A stretch of 52,243 bases of DNA from NCBI GenBank assembly GCA_037132355.1, contig JBAXPH010000001.1:1-52243 (forward strand), written 5' to 3'. A model generated the notes under the pieces. It was not told the DNA's origin and searched no databases. It was given only the letters and a program-made list of their open reading frames with translations. Made by a program: the position numbers and the translations under genes. The stretch's first letter is position 1. Each line of letters opens with the position of its first letter. Source of the stretch: Actinomycetes bacterium (GTDB lineage: Bacteria > Actinomycetota > Actinomycetes > Nanopelagicales > Nanopelagicaceae). Positions 49,148-52,243 of the stretch are shown here, piece by piece.

Positions 49148-49535
49148 GCCAACAGTTCTATTTGTTTGTGTTCATAATGCAGGTCGTTCACAAATGGCAG
49201 CAGGATTCATGCGCGAGCTGGGACAAGGACGAGTAGAAGTTCTTTCAGCAGGCAGTGCACCTAAAGATTCGATTAATCCAATTGCAGTTGAAGCAATGGC
49301 TGAACTTGGAATTGATATTGCTAACAACACTCCAAAAGTCCTAACACCAGAAGCGGTTCAAGCATCGGATGCCGTAATAACAATGGGCTGCGGAGATGTG
49401 TGCCCGTTCTATCCCGGCAAGCGGTATGAAGATTGGGTGCTAGATGATCCTGCAGGGCAAGGAATTGAACCTGTCCGAATAATTCGCGATGAAATTAAGC
49501 GTCGAGTAGAAATCCTGTTATCCGAACTTTTGTAA
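49137..49535 (+). CDS. arsC: Arsenate reductase (LMW-PTP fold)
   Basis: CVHNAGRSQMA, TMGCGDVCP, DWVLDDPAG. Confidence 0.92.
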   Translation: MINKPTVLFVCVHNAGRSQMAAGFMRELGQGRVEVLSAGSAPKDSINPIAVEAMAELGIDIANNTPKVLTPEAVQASDAVITMGCGDVCPFYPGKRYEDWVLDDPAGQGIEPVRIIRDEIKRRVEILLSELL

Positions 49536-49560
49536 TTGCGCTTATCAGCAATTTCTCCAG

Positions 49561-49574
49561 GAGAGTTAACTCTC
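49561..49574. promoter_or_regulatory. Perfect 14-bp palindrome, putative operator
   Basis: GAGAGTTAACTCTC upstream of the cytochrome b cassette. Confidence 0.45.
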
Positions 49575-49661
49575 TCTAAGTTCATAGAAAACTAATACCA
49601 CCAGTCGTACCGTTGCCAGAAGAGGTTGGATTTTCTGACTTTCTTCAGGATTGGATCGCCG

Positions 49662-49838
49662 ATGACAGGCTGGATTTCGGAGTTTATGAATCATCCTGCA
49701 ACTTATCTGAAAATTGGATGGCTGCAGATATCAATTTCTAACTTATTAGTCATTCTGCTCATGCTTGCAACCTTTGCTCTGGCCATTTATTTACCTTTCC
49801 CAAAAGGTGATGATGATTCAGAGGAGCCAAGGACATGA
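49662..49838 (+). CDS. Small single-TM protein of the cytochrome b cassette
   Basis: NHPATYLKIGWLQISISNLLVILLMLATFALAIYLPFP; ATGA coupling to the next gene; start 49662 or 49686. Confidence 0.7.
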   Translation: MTGWISEFMNHPATYLKIGWLQISISNLLVILLMLATFALAIYLPFPKGDDDSEEPRT

Positions 49839-50458
49839 GCGAGATGTGGACGGCAAAGTTACGCAGTAAGTGGCAAAAGGAACTGCCAATTGAAAAGTTA
49901 CTCCCAGATGATCAACCAGCATATGTTGCATCATGGATATATGTTTTTGGAGTTCTCACTCTTTCCGCACTAGCGATGATAATTGCTTCCGGCATTGTCT
50001 TAGCTTTTCAAGGACCGGCTTGGTATCACACATCCGATGCGGGAAAATTCACGAATAGCATGCATTTTTGGAGTGTTCAACTATTTTTTGTTTTCATGGT
50101 AATTCACCTATGGGGCAAATTTTGGATGGCAGCATGGCGTGGAAATCGTTTTAGAACATGGGCAACAGGCGCAGTTGCATTTATTTCATCGATTGCAACA
50201 GCATTTACCGGCTACTTAGTTCAGACAAACTTTGACTCACAATGGATTTCATTCGAGGCAAAAGATGGATTCAATTCGATGGGAGTTGGAGCATTTTTCA
50301 ATGTAACAAACCTTGGACAAATGCTGTTGCTTCACGTCGCATTCCTTCCACTAATTCTCGGAGTCCTAACAGTTGTTCACGTTTTAATGGTTCGCAAACG
50401 TGGTGTTGTGCCTCCTATTGATGCCGAACCTGCTCTGTCTAATCGAGGCCAACGATGA
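49835..50458 (+). CDS. Cytochrome b6-like four-helix di-heme protein
   Basis: His77/His91 and His167/His182, TW.TG, FTGYL, C-terminal LMVRKRGVVPP. Confidence 0.88.
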   Translation: MSEMWTAKLRSKWQKELPIEKLLPDDQPAYVASWIYVFGVLTLSALAMIIASGIVLAFQGPAWYHTSDAGKFTNSMHFWSVQLFFVFMVIHLWGKFWMAAWRGNRFRTWATGAVAFISSIATAFTGYLVQTNFDSQWISFEAKDGFNSMGVGAFFNVTNLGQMLLLHVAFLPLILGVLTVVHVLMVRKRGVVPPIDAEPALSNRGQR

Positions 50459-51435
50459 GTAAATCCAAAGATTCAAAGCATGCATTCGACGCAGCCCCTT
50501 GGACTGGAAAAACCAAGAGATACGACATAGTCAAAGAAGGCACAATTGCTTTAGCAGTTGTCGCAGTATTTGCCCTTTTTCTATCGCTACTTATGGGATC
50601 ACCTGATGAAACTCCGCTTACATTCAAGGGTTGGGCTGTTAGTAATTCAGATAATTTCTATGCAACAACTGTTCAGGAATTAGCTGGAACTAGTGGTACT
50701 GCAACCTATGGAGCTCCTTATAACAAGGGCTCTGAAGGCTTAAATGTAGGTCCACTGTGGCCACAAAAGTGGATGGGCGTCACTCATCCAATTGATTCTG
50801 TTAATGACTTTGTTATTGCGCCCTTGAGCACTCAGGTTATGTCAACAGAGATTGCAAGCGCAGTTGCAACATGGAAGGCAGCCTCAGACTCACAGAAGCA
50901 AAACTGGGCAACTGCATACGACGATGCAATTACCAAGGCAGCAGGAAAAATTAGCGATGTGCCTGCCGGTGCGTACGGTCCTGTTCCTGCATTAGCTCAG
51001 GGACTTACCGACATGGCAAAAGGTGGAGCGTTAGATGCTGCGCTGTTGTCGCAAGGTGGTTTTTTCCAAACAGATAACACCAAGCAAATCTTGTTCTTCG
51101 GCGATGGTTCTTATTTAGACGATGCTGGCACAGCTGCTAATTTGCAAGGTGGAACATGGGGAATGATGAATGAAACAGGTCGATACCCAGGACAAGCGTG
51201 GTTGTGGCTATATTCATTCTGGTATCAAATTCCTCCATTTAATAATGAAGAGTCCAAACCAATTGGATCCAATGCTGATTTGTACATCATGGTTCTGATG
51301 GGCGTTATGTCAGCAGGTTTGATTTTTATCCCATTTATTCCTGGAGTAAAAAACTTACCGATGCGAATTCCAATTCACAGAGGAATCTGGCGTCAGTATT
51401 ACAACGAAAATGGAATCAAACGGCGTAAAAAGTAA
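50455..51435 (+). CDS. Membrane protein, putative subunit IV (PetD)-like with a large soluble insertion
   Basis: N-terminal TM, about 190-aa hydrophilic region, then PGQAWLWLYSFWYQIPP...VLMGVMSAGLIFIPFI; ATGA coupling. Confidence 0.6.
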   Translation: MSKSKDSKHAFDAAPWTGKTKRYDIVKEGTIALAVVAVFALFLSLLMGSPDETPLTFKGWAVSNSDNFYATTVQELAGTSGTATYGAPYNKGSEGLNVGPLWPQKWMGVTHPIDSVNDFVIAPLSTQVMSTEIASAVATWKAASDSQKQNWATAYDDAITKAAGKISDVPAGAYGPVPALAQGLTDMAKGGALDAALLSQGGFFQTDNTKQILFFGDGSYLDDAGTAANLQGGTWGMMNETGRYPGQAWLWLYSFWYQIPPFNNEESKPIGSNADLYIMVLMGVMSAGLIFIPFIPGVKNLPMRIPIHRGIWRQYYNENGIKRRKK

Positions 51436-51443
51436 GAAGGCAG

Positions 51444-51479
51444 GTAAACCCTCTCTAAATTTAGGGAGGGTTTACTTTT
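51444..51479 (+). terminator. Intrinsic terminator between convergent genes
   Basis: GTAAACCCTCTCTAAA/TTTAGGGAGGGTTTAC inverted repeat followed by TTTT. Confidence 0.8.
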
Positions 51480-51873
51480 CCTCTAAGAACATTGCAACAG
51501 AGTTAATACACCAGCGCTCATCAGTTGGAACGTCATAACCTTCGCCCTTAAAAACATGGCCCAGGTGTGAATCACATGCAGCGCAGCGAACCTCAGTACG
51601 GATACGTGGAGCAAGCGAGCGATCTTCAATTAATGTAACGGCATCAGCTGCAGTTGGAGCATAAAAAGATGGCCAACCGCAACCGCTGTGAAACTTTGTC
51701 TCACTCTTAAATAATTCGGCGTTGCATGCTTTGCAACGGTAAGAGCCAACTAATTCTGTATCTGTGTATTCGCCAGTAAATGGACGCTCGGTTGCTGCAT
51801 TTCGCAATACTTCGTATGCAAGGTCGCCTACTCGGGCCTTAAGTGCAGCTTCGTCAATATTTACCTTTTCCAT
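51472..51873 (-). CDS. msrB: Peptide-methionine (R)-S-oxide reductase
   Basis: TERPFTG, CKAC, SGCGWPSF, RTEVRCAACDSHLGHVF, RWCINS. Confidence 0.96.
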   Translation of the reverse strand: MEKVNIDEAALKARVGDLAYEVLRNAATERPFTGEYTDTELVGSYRCKACNAELFKSETKFHSGCGWPSFYAPTAADAVTLIEDRSLAPRIRTEVRCAACDSHLGHVFKGEGYDVPTDERWCINSVAMFLEEK

Positions 51874-51993
51874 AACCCAACCTTAAAGGTTTACTTAAAT
51901 TCTCGCCTGCGAGAGGGCTCGTTCACTCGGATTTCATGGGAAATAAACCCAATCGACCTTTTGTCACGCACCAAGTTTTCCTATGGTCTTCCC

Positions 51994-52243
51994 ATGACAC
52001 ATTCCGGATCATCAGCATTTGCCGAAGTTAATGAAAAAGTTGCCCAAGCGGGAGAAATCCTCGGTTTAAAATCTGGCGTTATTGCAGCACTTAGCAGTTG
52101 CGAACGTGAAGTCGTCATCTCTATTCCCCTTCGTCGTGGTGACGATGTGGAAGTCCTAACGGGTTATCGAGTTCAACACTCGAGTGCGCGCGGACCACGC
52201 AAAGGCGGCATCCGTTTTCACCAAGATGTAGATCTTGATGAAG
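51994..52243 (+). CDS. gdhA: Glu/Leu/Phe/Val (glutamate) dehydrogenase, 5' part cut by the window end
   Basis: Manual translation MTHSGSSAFAEV...GYRVQHSSARGPRKGGIRFHQDVDLDE. Confidence 0.88.
   Translation, partial: MTHSGSSAFAEVNEKVAQAGEILGLKSGVIAALSSCEREVVISIPLRRGDDVEVLTGYRVQHSSARGPRKGGIRFHQDVDLDE

Noticed and set aside
49835-50458. qcrB or a qcrB pseudogene
   Set aside because: It ends cleanly at the b6-type boundary, keeps all four His and is coupled on both sides; no qcrA or qcrC is adjacent.

Overview
Densely packed chromosomal window from a genome-streamlined actinobacterium with low GC (judged by eye, not computed). Gene content and order, very short intergenic spacers and frequent leaderless-type promoters fit the freshwater acI lineage (Ca. 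Nanopelagicales, Planktophila-like); this placement is an inference. Roughly 1-35.3 kb is a reduced version of conserved actinobacterial backbone: pepA-O-methyltransferase-htrA-tatB-mrp; MgtE-N/DUF1003; DEAD helicase; mshB; cysS; fdxA-dapC; GDP-mannose synthase-whiB-GT2-DUF5719-DUF3499-PMM-ahcY-mtrAB-comF-secA; Rv3235; pdtaS-whiB1. Several usual neighbours are missing (sigE/rseA, cofDE, manA, lpqB; hpf is relocated). After a tRNA-Arg(CCG) comes a mixed metabolic and stress block: msrA, LacI, malY, metB, hpf, TerC, GH13, argG, FKBP, aquaporin-arsC, msrB and a partial gdhA. The best candidate for an undescribed system is a three-gene cassette at 49.6-51.4 kb: a small membrane peptide, a four-helix cytochrome b6-like protein, and a protein that reads as a subunit-IV (PetD)-like chain with a large extracytoplasmic insertion, with no Rieske or c-type cytochrome in the operon. 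Other points of note are a non-actinobacterial-type AhcY with a structured leader, a stand-alone sigma region-4 protein, overlapping bidirectional leaderless promoters, and small ORFs missed by the ORF track. I saw no mobile elements, CRISPR arrays or rRNA genes. All family calls come from motif recognition and synteny, not database searches.
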